A stretch of DNA of 64,000 nucleotides from Bilabrum cf. latius (taxonomy: Eukaryota), in NCBI GenBank assembly GCA_965178125.1, contig OZ237773.1:434001-498000 (forward strand), given 5' to 3'. Below the pieces are notes generated by a model, which had not been told where the DNA came from, did no database searches, and saw only the letters and a program-made list of their open reading frames with translations. The translations under genes and the position numbers were made by a program. How positions within the stretch are numbered: the stretch's first letter is position 1; each line of letters starts with the position of its first letter. Shown here in pieces: positions 1 through 12,699 of the stretch.

Positions 1-694
1 GGTAGAGGTGCGGGCCACGAAAGGGTCCTTGCAAGGAAGCGCTCGTAGAACGGATCCGAGCCGCGCGCAGGGCGGCGCATTGCCGGACGCCTACGGTCTG
101 CTGGTGCAGGGTAATCAGTACCAGCTGTGCGGTCACTCCAGCGACGCGCCCGGGCAGCAGCCCAACGTGACTGTTTGGGTCAATGCGAGCAGTGCAGAAG
201 GTCGGGTGCTCGCGGGGGCGCAGCAGGTCGTTGTCAGAGACAATACCGTGGACGGCAGCTGCTTCCAGCAAGCCGTGACTCGAATGGAACTGAGCGGCGT
301 GCTGACCCCGAGCGACGCCGTCAACGGGACAGGGGGTTCTCTCCGGACTGTATGGCTGCCCATGTCTGTGGGGGGTGGTCCGCGCCCGGACGGAAGCGGG
401 CGCAGCACGCGACTGCTGTTGGACGCTGCAGTGGCTCCACCGCGCCCGGTGGCAGCGCAGGCCTGGTTCCAAAGCGCTCAAGTAGGGGCAGGCGGAGAGG
501 GACTGAGGGGGGAGGGTGCTGCGGCGAATTTCGGCAGCATCGCATGCCTGGGTGCTCGTGCCTCCGCTGGTCCGTATTCGGCTCCCGACGGCGGCATGCG
601 GGTCATTGTGGAAGGGATTCCTGCTGGGTGTGACTTGGTGGAGGCTGGCAATGTCACCGTCTCGGTCACAGTAACGCAAGAGAGCGCGGCGTGA
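1..694 (+). CDS. 3' part of an unknown protein entering from the left edge
   Basis: Open frame with coding-like composition ending in TGA 692-694, convergent with CWC22. No family recognised. Confidence 0.55.
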   Translation, partial: VEVRATKGSLQGSARRTDPSRAQGGALPDAYGLLVQGNQYQLCGHSSDAPGQQPNVTVWVNASSAEGRVLAGAQQVVVRDNTVDGSCFQQAVTRMELSGVLTPSDAVNGTGGSLRTVWLPMSVGGGPRPDGSGRSTRLLLDAAVAPPRPVAAQAWFQSAQVGAGGEGLRGEGAAANFGSIACLGARASAGPYSAPDGGMRVIVEGIPAGCDLVEAGNVTVSVTVTQESAA

Positions 695-897
695 AGTGTA
701 GGAGGGCTAGACAGGTGCTGCCAAGTAATTTGCTGAAATCAAGACCTGATCCAGGGTCGGATCTCAGACAACATGATAAGGCAGGCTTGTGTAGCTTGGA
801 CACCAAATCATGAGGACCAGTCTGATGAGGACTAGCTATCCCGGATTGAAAGTCCACATAAAATTTATTGCACTGAAGCTGAATCGATGTGGTTTCA

Positions 898-3800
898 TCA
901 GCGTGCCCGGCTGCCCGAACGAGACCGAGAGCGCCGCCTCGTTCGACGCGACCTCTCCTAGCTAGTAGCATGTCCACCCACCGATGGGCCACCCTGCTGC
1001 ACCTGGCGCTCAGCGGGCACAGGCGCTTGCGCAGCAGCTGCAGAGCTGCTGGCAGCTCCTGATGCACTCGCCGCTCTAGGGACGTCGCCCCTCGGGGGCG
1101 ATTCCCACCGCTTGCGGGGCGGCGCCTCATCCTCCCCCCCTCGATCGCCCCTGCGCTGCCATCTCGGCTGCTTGTCACCCCCCCTCCAGTCTCGGCCCCT
1201 GTCATCACCATCTCTGCGCCAGTCCCTCCCTCGTTCATCTCCACGCGACCAACGCCCCCGATCCGCTCTGTCTCCGCCCCACCGATCTTGCCCCCGGCCT
1301 CGCCCATCCCCTCCCCACCTGTCCCTTCTTTCCCCACCCCTACCCCCCCGCCGCTCCTCCCCCCTGGGAGCGTCCCCCCCGCCCTCTCCCGCCCCCCGCC
1401 GCCTCACCATGAGCGCCTCCTCCCTAGCAGCCTCGATCTCACGCTGCGAACGGCCCTCCTCCCGCCTGCGCTTCGCCTCCAGCGCGGCCCGTCTCGCCCC
1501 GCCGATCTCCTCCCGCACCTCCTTCGCCTCCAGCGCGGCTCGTCTCGCCGCCTCTAGCTCCCTGTCTTCCTCCTCGCCCGCACCCCTCGCCCCATTCGGA
1601 GACGCACTCCTGCTGCGGCCTCTCCTGCCCTCCCTCTCGATCTAGGCGCGCCCCCGCCTCTTGTCCGCGAACAAGTCATCGCCCTGCCCCTCGCCCTTGC
1701 CCTCACCCTCGGCCTCGGCTCGATCATTCTTACCACCCCGAGCCCCATCCTGGCCGTCGGTCACTATGCCACCTCTCTCGGTCCTACCCCGCTTCTTGGG
1801 AGGTGCGCCATCCTACCCTCGCCACGGCCTGCCTCCGGACCTGCCCTTCGACCTCGACCTCGAACTCGACCTCGACCTAGATCTAGATCTAGACCTAGAC
1901 TCTGACGATGACGGAGACCTGCTTCTGCCCCTTCTTCTGCTACCTCCACCATCCCGTGGTGGACTCCTCCTACGCTTGGAACCTGCCACCGGCCTGCCCC
2001 TAGAGTCGCCGTGAGACGCTGATCTTGACCTGGATCTTGACCGCGAGTCAGGTGCTGACCGGGACCTCGATACCGAACCAGACCCAGCAGATCTGGAGCT
2101 GCTTGCAGATCGCCTGCCTGCTTTCCTGCGGGCTCTCGGGCTGCGGCCCCTGCTCCTGCTCCTACTGACACTGCTCCTGCTGCTGGCATCTGTGCTTCGA
2201 CTGTGGCTCCGCGACCTGCTTGAATAGCTCCTGCTCCTGCTCCCGCTCCCACTACTGCTCCTGCTCCGGCTCCCACTACTGCTCCTGCTATCACTGTAGC
2301 TTCTGCTCCTGCTGCGGCCACGTCGCCTCGCTGCTCCCCTGCTACGTGGACTACTCGATCGGGTGCTCCTGCTACCTCTGCTCCTGCTCCTGCTCCTACT
2401 CCTGCGCCTGTTCCTGCTCCTGCCACTGCTCCTGCTGGAGTAGCTCCCCGCGCTTGACCTCGACCCGGATCGCGACCTCGACCGAGAGCTGGAATAGCTA
2501 CCGCTTCGGCTGCTCCTCGTGTAGCTACTTCTGCTGGATCGGCTGCTACGAGACCCGCTGCTCCTGCTGTAGGACCCGCTCCTGCTCCTGCTCCTGCTTC
2601 CGCTTCCGCTTCCGCTTCCGCTTCCGCTCCCACTGCCCGCACTGCCCGACCGCTCCCTGCTCCCACTCCTGCCCCTCCTCTTCCTCGCCGCTTCCTCCCT
2701 GAGCCGGTCTGCCTCGGCCTTCTGCCTGGCGGCCAGGATCTCCGGGAGCTTCAGCAGGTAGGCGCGCATGCCTTCGGTGAGCCAGCCCAGGCCGATCCTC
2801 GTGTAGAAATTGATGGCGAACCGCAGCTGCCTCGGGTGGTCCTTGGGGAACAAGCCGCTGAACGGCTCTCTCATCGACGGGTCCGCCAGCCTCGCCTGCA
2901 GCGTGGCCCTGCCCATGTGCGTGAAGATCTCTTGGAAGACGACCTTGAGGAAGATGCGCTTGCTCGAGTTGGTGCCTTCCTGCGTGAGCTTGACCACTTC
3001 CAGCGCCGTCCAAGGGATGGCGTCCGTGTGCAGGAGGAAAGCGAACAGCTTGGCGACGTTCCTCAGCTGCCTCGTCTCTAGCCTGTGGCAGCCCTCGTAC
3101 TGGTCGCCCAGCGCATCCACGCAGCACTGCTGGTACTCCTCCCCGAGCAGGCAGAACCGCTGTGCCAGCAGGCCATAGAACCTCTGGAATGTTCTCGCCT
3201 GCGCGCTGCTCTCCACGATCATGTTGATGACCTCTCGCTCCAGGCCCGCGCGCAGCCGCAGCTGCATCAGCTTGTGCGCCGCCTCCTCGAAATCCATAGA
3301 GCTCTGGATCGTGAGGAAGATCTTCCTCCGCAGCTGGATCAGCTCGGTATCAGTCAGGTCCGTCACCGCCACGGGCCCCTCCTCCCCCGCGCCACTGCCG
3401 CTGCCGATCGGCACAGTGTCTGACAACCCGGCACCGGCACCGGCACCGGCACTGGCACCGCCGGATGGCCCACCTCCAGCAGACGCCGACGATGACGACG
3501 ATGACCCGTACGTTGCAGCAGCAGCTGCTGCCCCTGCCTCTGCACCTTCTTCCTCTTCGTCCTCATCGCTGTCCGAATCCGATCCACTGCCCGAGGAATC
3601 TGACCCCGAGGACGAATCCGACGAGTCGGACTCCACCTCCTGCCCGAAGATCTCTGCCCGGATGCGCCTCCACAGCGACTCGTTCTCCTCGTACTGATCG
3701 TCCGCTCGGAACACGTCCAGCTCGTCGTGCTTGGCCAGCTTCTGGTCCAGGGTCACTTCGTGCGTGATCTAGTCGTCTGCCTCCACCAGGTCCAGCTCCG

Positions 3801-4980
3801 GCAGCCTCGCCGGGAATCCCTTGAACCCGTCCCTCTGCGCCTCCATGAGCGTCTCCACCGTCACCTGCACGCGCATGTCCAGCCCGCGGCCCGCACCCGC
3901 CCCCGTGCCCCGAAGGATGGCCCGGAACTGGGACATCACGTCCAGGAGGCCCTTGGGGCACTCTTCCTTGAGCAGCTGTCCGCACTCCCGGGTGAAGTGC
4001 ACTGCGATCTCGATCGAGTCGTCCGTGCCCCCCTCCAGCAGCAGGGCCAGCACCTCGAGCGCAAGCAGCTCGTCCGCCACCCTCTGGTTGGCCAGATGCG
4101 CGATGAAGCGAGACAGCGCCATCGCAACCGTCTTGTTGCTGCGCCTGTAGGCTCGCCTGAAGAGCAGCACCACCCTATGGAGCAGAAGCTCGCCGATCTC
4201 CGGCAGCTTGGTGTTGACTACCGCTGCCAGCGCGGCGTAAATATGCGTGAATCCAGGGGAGGCCATCTGCGCTTTCATGAGGGCGCGGACCAGCAGCCCC
4301 CTGCCGCGGACTAGGTTCAGCTGCAGCAGCTGCGGCAAGATGCTGGCCATGTTGGACACGTTGGCTCGGTTCACCAGGCCGTTGATCCCGCGCCGCAGAC
4401 GCTCCCACCGCACCCGCTGCATCGCCTCTGAGCTCTTGGGCAGCTCCGCGGCCATGGCGCGCTCCTACTGCTTGCGCAAATGCGGAGGCAAGTACACCCC
4501 GCCGGCGCGCCGGATTGTGCCGAGACGCGGCCCGTCCGATGCGGCCATCGAGCTTGCCGCGGCAGCACGGCCAGCTCGCTCGGCCGGTTGTGCTCCCGCA
4601 GTTTCACTAGTTGCGACCTTCTCTTGCATCGGAGCAGAAGGGTCAATTGCTTCTGGGGCAACCTCGCCCTCCTCTTTTTCGTCCGCGCTCGACGCGCTCG
4701 CACCCGCAGCCTGCGCCGGTGCAGAGGACTATGTAGCAGGGTTACCGCCGGTCGCAGCCACATCCTTTGTCGCAGCCGCCCTCTTGGCATTGGAATCGCC
4801 AACATCATCCTCATTGTCCGATTCTGTATCTGTAGCAGTCGCATCCGAGTCAGTATCGCTCCCATCGTCCTCCGATCGCGGGATGTCAGGTTGCTACTCA
4901 TCCTATGCTTCATTAGACGAATTGATCTTTGGCGCATCCGCAGCAGAAGTGGGGGGATTAGACTCTTGTTGATCACTCAT
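898..4980 (-). CDS. CWC22: Pre-mRNA splicing factor CWC22 (MIF4G + MA3 domains, long RS-rich tail), ~1360 aa with TAG=Gln
   Basis: Single frame from ATG 4980 to TGA 900-898. Motifs GGVYLPP, WERLRRGINGLVNRAN, NLVRGRGLL, AQMASPGFTHIYAAL, LRRKIFLTIQSSMDFEEAAHKL, RFAINFYTRIGLG. Eight in-frame TAG (4905, 4896, 4731, 4467, 3771, 1815, 1644, 960). LDLVEADD*ITHE matches the conserved EEDQITH. Confidence 0.93.
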
Positions 4981-5688
4981 TGCATTTGTTACTGAATGAT
5001 CAGCTTAAGGTCAGTTCTGGGGGTCTGCTCGGGTTCCTTTGGAGGATAGTAACGTGTGGTTTTCAAACGTCTCGGAATTGTTTGGGTTCAAGAAGCCATC
5101 GGAAATCACATGAATACTGAAAGTTGCTTAGTGCGCGTCCTTGTTTCATCATAGACAGCGCATCCACTGCCGCCGAGCTTGCACGCACCACAGTCACAGG
5201 CAATACAGCAAGCGGCACTGGAGCCCCTGCAAAGCCGCAAGACAGCGCAGTGGCTTCGCACTGGAAGCGCAAGTACCCCTCACCACCTGTCGCGAGGTTC
5301 CAGTTCGCCACTGCACGCTCCTACACCTGCCACAACCAGTTCGAGTTGGTGCCAGCTGCATGGCCCAGCATGAAGCATGGCCCATGGCAGCCGAGACGGC
5401 ACCCACCCCCACCCCCGGGACAGGGATGTGATCTGGTCAACGCCTCTTCGCGCCTTTGCCGATGCAGGCCCAAGTGGAATTGCCGTGCGGTCCACGCGCA
5501 TCACCACCCCTACTGATCCGCAGGCCATTCCGCGGTGCCAGCGCCTGTGGCCATCTTCGATCCAATGGCGGGCTTTGGCTGCCGAGGGTGATACCGTTGG
5601 ACCCTGGTATGTCATTGGTTATGCCAGCTTGCATACTGGCGTGCATAACTTCTCGGTTCCTAAAAGTCTGGGCGAGTGGGCCTCAACA

Positions 5689-6104
5689 TCACCCATCCTT
5701 AAATGCCGCCTGGCTAGCTTCTTGCAGCTTGGCCAGCTGTTCCTTCTATTCATCGTTCAGCTCGTCAACAGCAGAGGCATCCAATTCTTGCCCTATGCTG
5801 CCATGCACAGACTGCTCCTCAACTTTCTCTGCGTAACCCTCCCACTCGGCAAAGAACTGGGGCAAAAAATCAGGTTTGGCGTTCTTGTGCCGTCTCCACT
5901 CATCCCTGTGTGCGTCAAATAATAGGACAGATGCATTGCTGATTCCGCGATGACTTCGCTACAGTGTCAGCAAGCACAGTTAGTCCAACCACGTCACCCT
6001 ACTTACTTGACATAAGCGTCTCCAATCGAGCGCAAGTGGGTAGGAAGAACGGATTTGTGCAATCGCAATATTCTGCGATACAAACTCAGGGCCTTGGATG
6101 CCAT
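5689..6104 (-). CDS. SDHAF3: Succinate dehydrogenase assembly factor 3 (ACN9/Sdh7, LYR family)
   Basis: MASKALSLYRRILRLHKSVLPTHLRSIGDAYVK, then intron 6006-5906 (GTAAGT..CACAG), then DEWRRHK..FFAEWEGY..LNDE*KEQLAKL and TGA 5691-5689. TAG 5748-5746 lies in the family DEQxxQL motif. Confidence 0.88.
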
Positions 6105-6257
6105 TTCAGCGTTCAAATTGCTGCAGGGCAGAGACTGCCGATTTTTTGTTACAGTGCCACAGTGCAGTGCAACAAACATCGGATGCATTGCACTGTTGCG
6201 CTTTAGAGACGATTCTTGAGCACCAGAATTAGCGATTTACTGACGGGAACTTTGACC

Positions 6258-8316
6258 ATGAACTCGCCTCATCTGAGTGCAGCCATGTCACCAGGGTCTA
6301 GGTTGGAGAAGAGGGCCCTGCTGTTGAGCACAAAGTCCATGAGGGGCGAGTTGCAGAAGGAATTAGCCCAGCGGAGCCAACAGCGCGACCCCATGTTTTG
6401 GTGGAAGGTGGCACTCGTGGCACAAACTTTAGTGAATGTAGTTCTCTTTTCTGGGGTCATATACGGGTTCTCTCAGGTGAGAAACTACTGGAGAATGTGT
6501 TCCCACCAGGTGGGTTGGAACAGGACCCAAGAACCGTAGCTCGTTTCAATGCCTCACGCACTCACAAACATAGCATGCATGCATCGAGATCATTTATTCA
6601 TATGTTTTTGATGATAGTGACCGTTTCTGCTTGCAGGTGGAACTAATCTTGAAGGACTAGGGGGTGTATCAAAACAAGGACGGCTCGTTCGAAATCGTGC
6701 GATACAACACAATCATGACGATTGCATCCGCAATTACGGCGGGCTCTGGCCTATTCATTGGCATTGCTCTGGACGCTGTAGGCCCCCGGTGGATGATGCT
6801 TCTGGCCACAGTCGTCAGCGCGGCTGGCTGTTTCCTGTTCGGTTACCTCCGGAGCTACCTGCCTGGCTACTGCCTCTTTGCATTCGCCGGCATGACCACC
6901 CTCATATCGTCGTTCAGGGTGGGTTTTGTGTTCCCCGATAGACTGCCTCTCCTCATGGGCCTCGTGTCGTGCCTGTTCGACACGAGCGCCGTGGTGTTTG
7001 CCGTCTTCTACCAGCTGTACGCGGCCGGTCTCTCGATCGAGGTGCTCTTCTTGGGGTACGGGGTGCTGGGGGTGCTCTGCGGGGCCAGCACCTTCGTGCT
7101 GTGGACCGTCAACGGGAGCGAGCACGGTAAGGAGGACCCGGAACCGAATGGCGAGCGGTCCGGGCTGCTTGCAGGGGACGAGAGCAGCCACCGTGGAGGC
7201 GCGCAGGGGGGCGGCGATAACTCGAAGGGGTACGGAGGCACGGCTGCCGCGGAGCATGTGGGGGTCGGTAGGGAGCAGGAGGGCGTGGAGGAGGGGAACG
7301 TGGTGAGTGTGACGAGTGAGGATGACCTGGGGCTGGCCCCGGACCGCGACACCAAGCTTGACACCATTGGTGGCAAGGGGGCCGTTGGCGGGGGAGACAC
7401 AGTGGGGGGTGAGGGGGAGGGGGAGGACAGCAGGCCCATGAGCGTGAGGCAGAGAGCAATCCGATCCATGGTGCTGTGGGACCAGCTGCAGACGAGGGAG
7501 TTCCTGTTCATCTACGGGTTCTGCGTAGTGCTCATGCTGCGGACGAACCTGTACCTAGGCATGGTGCAGGATTTCCTGGCCTCGCTGGGGGACGAGGATC
7601 ACGGGGATGTGATCAGTGTGGCGACCGGATGGATCGTGCCCGCGGGGGTGATCTTCGTCCCGCTGATCGACATGGCGCTGGCAAGGGGTGGGTATGCCTT
7701 CTCGGCCTATGCGACCGTGCTGGTGGGGGTGGCGTACGGGGCACTGAGCTGCGTGCACTCTCTGTACCTGCAAGCTGCCACCGCCGTGCTGTTCACGCTC
7801 TACCGCGCCTCGCTGTTCTCTGTGGTGGCGGCGTTCAACGCGGACGTGTTCGGGCCCATGACGGTCGGCCGCATTTCTGGCATTTTGTACACGACCACAG
7901 CCCTGTTTATTTTGCTACAGAGGCCGCTGACCCAGCTGGCGCAGGGGCCGCTTGGAGACAACTACGTGCCCATCAACGCGGGGTTTACGGCGCTGGCCGG
8001 CTGCCTCTTGCCGCTCGTGTGGTGGATCTAGTGGACCTCGCCGGACATCATGCAGCAGCACACGGAGACTGGGAACGAGACGAAGGATAAGGAGAAGGAT
8101 AAGGAAGGGCGGGGTGGCCTTGGGGGATCTGCAGGCCTGTTGGAGGAGGTGCAGGACTAGGGCGAGGGACTGGGGCGGGACATCAGCATGGCGCTGGAGC
8201 ACCGGTTCAGGGACTCTGACGGTGCCGGTGGAGGGGCGGGCGGGAAGGAGCAGGAGATGGCCAGCCCTGCCTCCAGCTATGCCAGTGGGGGACGGCCGTC
8301 CGTGCTGAGCGACTGA
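6258..8316 (+). CDS. MFS transporter, SLC43/LAT3/FMP42-like
   Basis: ATG 6258, intron 6477-6636, ~12 hydrophobic segments, motifs SGVIYGF..LKD*GVY and GIALDAVGPR. In-frame TAG at 6658, 8029 and 8158; ends TGA 8314-8316. Confidence 0.8.
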
Positions 8317-8506
8317 GAGGCTGACGCGCAGGAGGGGCCGTATCTGACCAGCTTGCGCTGCCATTATGGGCACCAGCATGATTTGACAAGTACTGATTCA
8401 TTGGTTTTCCATTGAAGCCAGGTCAATCAATCAGAGCCGCACACACGCTCACAGCTCGCATCACAGCACGCGCCCCCCCCCATCGCACTCATCACACGAG
8501 CCCGCA

Positions 8507-9746
8507 TCATCGGCCCCTGCTCCGGCCACTCGCCCCCCTGGACAGAGCGGCCATGACCCCGCCCCCAGAGCCCCCATACCCTCCCCCCGCGCCGCCACCG
8601 CTGCTCCCCGCCCCCGAAGCAGCCCCGCCCGCCGCCTGGGCCTCCTTGCCCCTGATGGCTGCCACGTGATCCCCGATGCTGTCCGCGACTGCCCCCGCCT
8701 GATCCGCAACGGCACTGGCCATCTGCGCCAGTCGCGCGTGCGGGGACTGCACCGCCGCCCGCATGCGCACCTGCTTGCCCCGGGTGTCGATCCTGGCAGT
8801 GAGCCCCGCCCCCCGCACCAGCTGCACGATCCACCTCTCCGCCTCCTCCTCCTCCACCCTCAGCTCCTCGGCGACCTTCTTGATGTCCACTGTGCTGTGC
8901 AGCTTGCAGTACAGCTGGTACACCTGCTTGCGCGCGCTCTCGAGGAACAAGTCAGACAAAGAGCCCCCGGCCTCCTCGCCCCCCGCCCCGGCCCCCGCCA
9001 CGCTCGACAGGAAAAAGTCCGACGCGATCACCTGCTCGCATGCTTTGAGCGCAGACCGGGCCGCCTCCAGGTCGTGTTCCCTGACCAGCGCCAGGGCGAG
9101 GTCCACCATCGGATCGGAGGAGCGGTCCGCCACGTCATCCAGGAGGCCCAGCAGCCGGGGCCGCTCGTCCTCCAGCTTGCCTAGCGTGACGAGCGCGAAC
9201 ACCACGTACCGCACCAGCCAGGGGCAGTGCATGCGGATCACGTGGTTGTTACTGCGAGGGAAGAGGGAATGGGGAGCAGGCAAGCAGGAGTGTGAGGGGG
9301 CCGCGTATTGGGGCGGTGGCAGACGCATCGGCCGATCGGCTTGGTCGCGCGTTCCATGGCCGTCAGTGCGCTGCACCCTAGTACCACCGTCTGTTTCCTC
9401 ACGCTCTTTCCTCGAGAAACAGCTGCACCAGCATGGCCAGCCCGTCGGTCCCCGACGCATCCGCATGTGCCCCCAGGCAGGGGAAGAGCGCCGCGTGCAG
9501 CATGCTCGCCCGCTGCACGGCCCTGTCAGCCTCGCTGGGGAAGTCGTGCCTGCGGATCTGCTCGGCCAGGGCATCCAGGTCCTGCCGCGCATACTGCACG
9601 GACTTTGTCAGCACCTCGGAGAGGAGCTTGCCCCACAGCGCGGGTACAGCTTCCGGCTCCTCGTCCGCCACCAGCTGGCGGTAGTACACGAGGTAAAACC
9701 CCGAGCACGCGAACCCGTTCATGTCTCCGTCGAGCTCGGGCCCGCA
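8507..9746 (-). pseudogene. 5'-truncated copy of eIF3e (keeps the last intron and 3' flank)
   Basis: Near-identical to 17252-18493 including the intron. Homology stops abruptly near 9746 (CGPELDGD) and the N-terminal exons are absent. Confidence 0.8.
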
Positions 9747-9930
9747 GCGGTCGTTTCTAGCCTTGTAAGCCTTGAGGCGTGCAAATATCGCCGAGTACAC
9801 CGAAAATCTGAGGGTAGGTACGGATTCGAGTCTAAGATCTAACAAAGCAAATCAGACTTGCACTTCTCATTGCCACCCACGGCTCATTTTAAAGTGATAC
9901 AACGGTCGCGTCAGCATCAGACTTGCAAGA

Positions 9931-11610
9931 ATGCGATTTATCGTTTCTTCGCTGGTGGCTCTCGCCGCCTGCTCGACGCTCAGTGTGCGCGGGCGACGAG
10001 CAGCAGGCCAGCAGCACCTTCGCGCTGGCTCTTCTTCGTCGGTCTCGCTCCACGCTCACAGCGGGGGTCATGAGCGCGACGTATGGCCTGCATACGTGTA
10101 CAAAGACAGTCGTGATACGGACTCCTGCGATGTGAGCGCCTTGGCCGCGAGGAAGCCGGCAAAGGGCGACAGACTCCGGAGAGGCGAGATTCTGCATTCT
10201 GCCGTGGGCCCACTCGGTAGCAGCACTCTGTCCAAGGATTCAACGAGTATGTGGCTCCGGGCTGACTGCTACCTGGACGTTTCTGGCAAGTTAAAGACGA
10301 CAATGAAAGTCGAGCGCGAACCAGAGGAGGCCGGCCACTGTGCACTGCTCCTGACGGATGCATCGTGCAGCACGCATGGAGACCTAGCAATCATCGACAC
10401 GGATACGGGCAAGTACCTCTGGCGGGTGGAATCATCTATCTTCACACCCGAGGTGGACACGCTTCTGGTCCAGGGGGATGGCAATGTCGTTCTCACTCAG
10501 GAAGGCGGGGAGGTGCTGTGGTGCACAGATCCCGGAGACTACCCCTTGAAGTCGATGTCGGGGTATTTCCACTTCGATCTGGAGGTGCGGGAGGACGTGC
10601 ACAGTCTGCACTGCGATGCAGGGGCCTTGCAGTCGTCGTACCACCAAGTGGCCGACGGCGACGTGCTGTCTCCGGGGCAGGTGCTGCGCGCTGGGGCCGC
10701 CCTGAAGGCGGGCGAGGAGGAGGGGGTCGAGCTGCACATGCAGGGAGACTGCAACCTGGTGGTGTACCGAGGGGGCAAGGACGTGTTTGCGACCAACACG
10801 AGGGGCAAGGGTACCGAGGGGAAGTGCGCACTCGTCATCACGGGGGACGGGTGCGACACCCAGGGTGACCTGGCCATCGTGGACAGCGCCTCCGGGCAGT
10901 ACATCTGGCGGGTGCCTACCTCGCTGATGGACCCAGGTGCAGATACCCTTCGTCTGCAGGGGGACGGGAATGCCGTCTTGTTCCAGTAGGGAGGTGCGAT
11001 CGCGTGGTCGGCAGGGTCGGCGGACCTGGATAGCCCTGCTGACGACGAGACCTTCGGCAATGGTCGCAAGACGGCGGCGCTGCAGGCGGCCATCGAAGGG
11101 GTGGTGCATCGCTGCGACCCCAAGTCGCTTGCTAAGCGACCTGCCGCCCGGGGGCTCAAGCTGTGGGACTCCGAGGTGCTGGCCATGGGGAAGTAGCTCC
11201 AGTATAACGCACACGGCTACACTAGCACTCTGACGGTGCAGGATGACTGCAACCTGGTGGAGACGAGAGATCACGGAGACATCAACTGGAAGACGGATAC
11301 CCGGAACAAGGCCCAGAAGTGCGCACTCGTCATCACAGGGGAGGAGTGCGACCGCACGGGAGATCTTGCTCTCGTGGACATGGACAGCGGGGCGTACCTG
11401 TGGAGCATCGACACGTCCTACATGTGGCCCACGGCCAAGGTGTTGGTGCTTTCTCGCATGACCACGTCGCTGCAACAGCAGGCTACGCTCGCCGATATCT
11501 GGTGGTCAGATAATTAGGATCCTTTCACGTATTCGCATCCTCCTGAGGGATATCCGCTATCCAAGTTCAGGAAGGCGTTTGCGTACTGGCGCAAGTCCCA
11601 GGACAAGTGA
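9931..11610 (+). CDS. Secreted bulb-type (GNA-like, mannose-binding) lectin-domain protein, copy A, 559 aa
   Basis: Signal-peptide-like N-terminus. Repeated QxDxNxV motifs (VQGDGNVV, MQGDCNLVVY, LQGDGNAV, VQDDCNLV). In-frame TAG at 10987, 11194 and 11515; TGA 11608-11610. Confidence 0.8.
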
Positions 11611-11917
11611 GGGAGGTGTTGTTGTTCAGCAGTTGTGAACGAATACACAGGTGGCATTGCACGCCACCGACCCTGATGTGTGCAATGGCAAGCGTCGGGT
11701 CAGTAGCCGGCGGAAGGAGGCTGCCAGTGACGCGCAGGAGGGGCCGTATTTGGTCTGCTTGCGCCGCCGTTGTGGGCATCAATATGATTTGACAAGTACT
11801 TATTCATTGATTTGCCATTGAATCCAAGTCAATCAATCAGAGCTGCACACACGGATCACAGCTCAGTGCTCGCAGCATGCGGCCCCCCCCCCATCGCACT
11901 CGTCACACGAGCCCGCA

Positions 11918-12371
11918 TCATCGGCCCCTGCTCCGACTACTCGCCCCCCTGGACAGAGCGGCCATGACCCCGCCCCCAGAACCCCCATACCCTCCCCCCG
12001 CACCGCCACCGCTGCTCCCCGCCCCCGAAGCAGCCCCACCCGCCGCCTGGGCCTCCTTCCCCCGGATCGCCGCCACGTGATCCCCGATGCTGTCCGCGAC
12101 TGCCCCCGCCTGATCCGCAACCGCGCTGGCCATCTGCATCAGTCGCGCGTGCGGGGACTGCACCGCCGCCCGCATGCGCACCTGCTTGCCCCTGGTGTCG
12201 ATCCGGGCAGTGAGCCCCGCCCCCCGCACCAGCTGCACGATCCACCTCTCCGCCTCCTCCTCCTCCACCCTCAGCTCCTCGGCAACCTTCTTGATGTCCA
12301 CCGTGCTGTGCAGCTTGCAGTACAGCTGGTACACCTGCTTGCGCGCGCTCTCGAGGAACAAATCAGACAAA
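11918..12371 (-). pseudogene. Second, shorter 3' fragment of eIF3e
   Basis: Matches the eIF3e C-terminal PCI region from SDLFLESARKQ to the stop. Homology ends near 12371. Confidence 0.8.
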
Positions 12372-12699
12372 ACTCCCCGGCGCTAGCGGGGGACGAACTA
12401 TTTGTTCCGCTGCGGTGCGGCGCGACGTTCTCGCCCGCTACGGCCGATTCGTGCGGGCCTGGCAATGTTTTTCCTTTAACACCGTTAAAGACATAGTTTT
12501 GATATGTTACTCTCTATGGTATGTTCATTCGATTGTGGCCGTGTGAGAGGCTGGGTGGCGCTGGTTCGGGCGAAAGGAGCCTCTCAAGCTGGCCCGTCCA
12601 AACGCACTCGCGGCCGTCTGCAGGCCGCCACAGCGGCTGCATCCGCATGTCCGTCAGTGAAGCCTGTTTTTCAATCATATATCTATCACAAGTACCGCA

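Noticed and set aside
5063-5680. Possible small gene between CWC22 and SDHAF3
   Set aside because: Several short ORFs exist, but none shows a recognisable motif or consistent exon structure.
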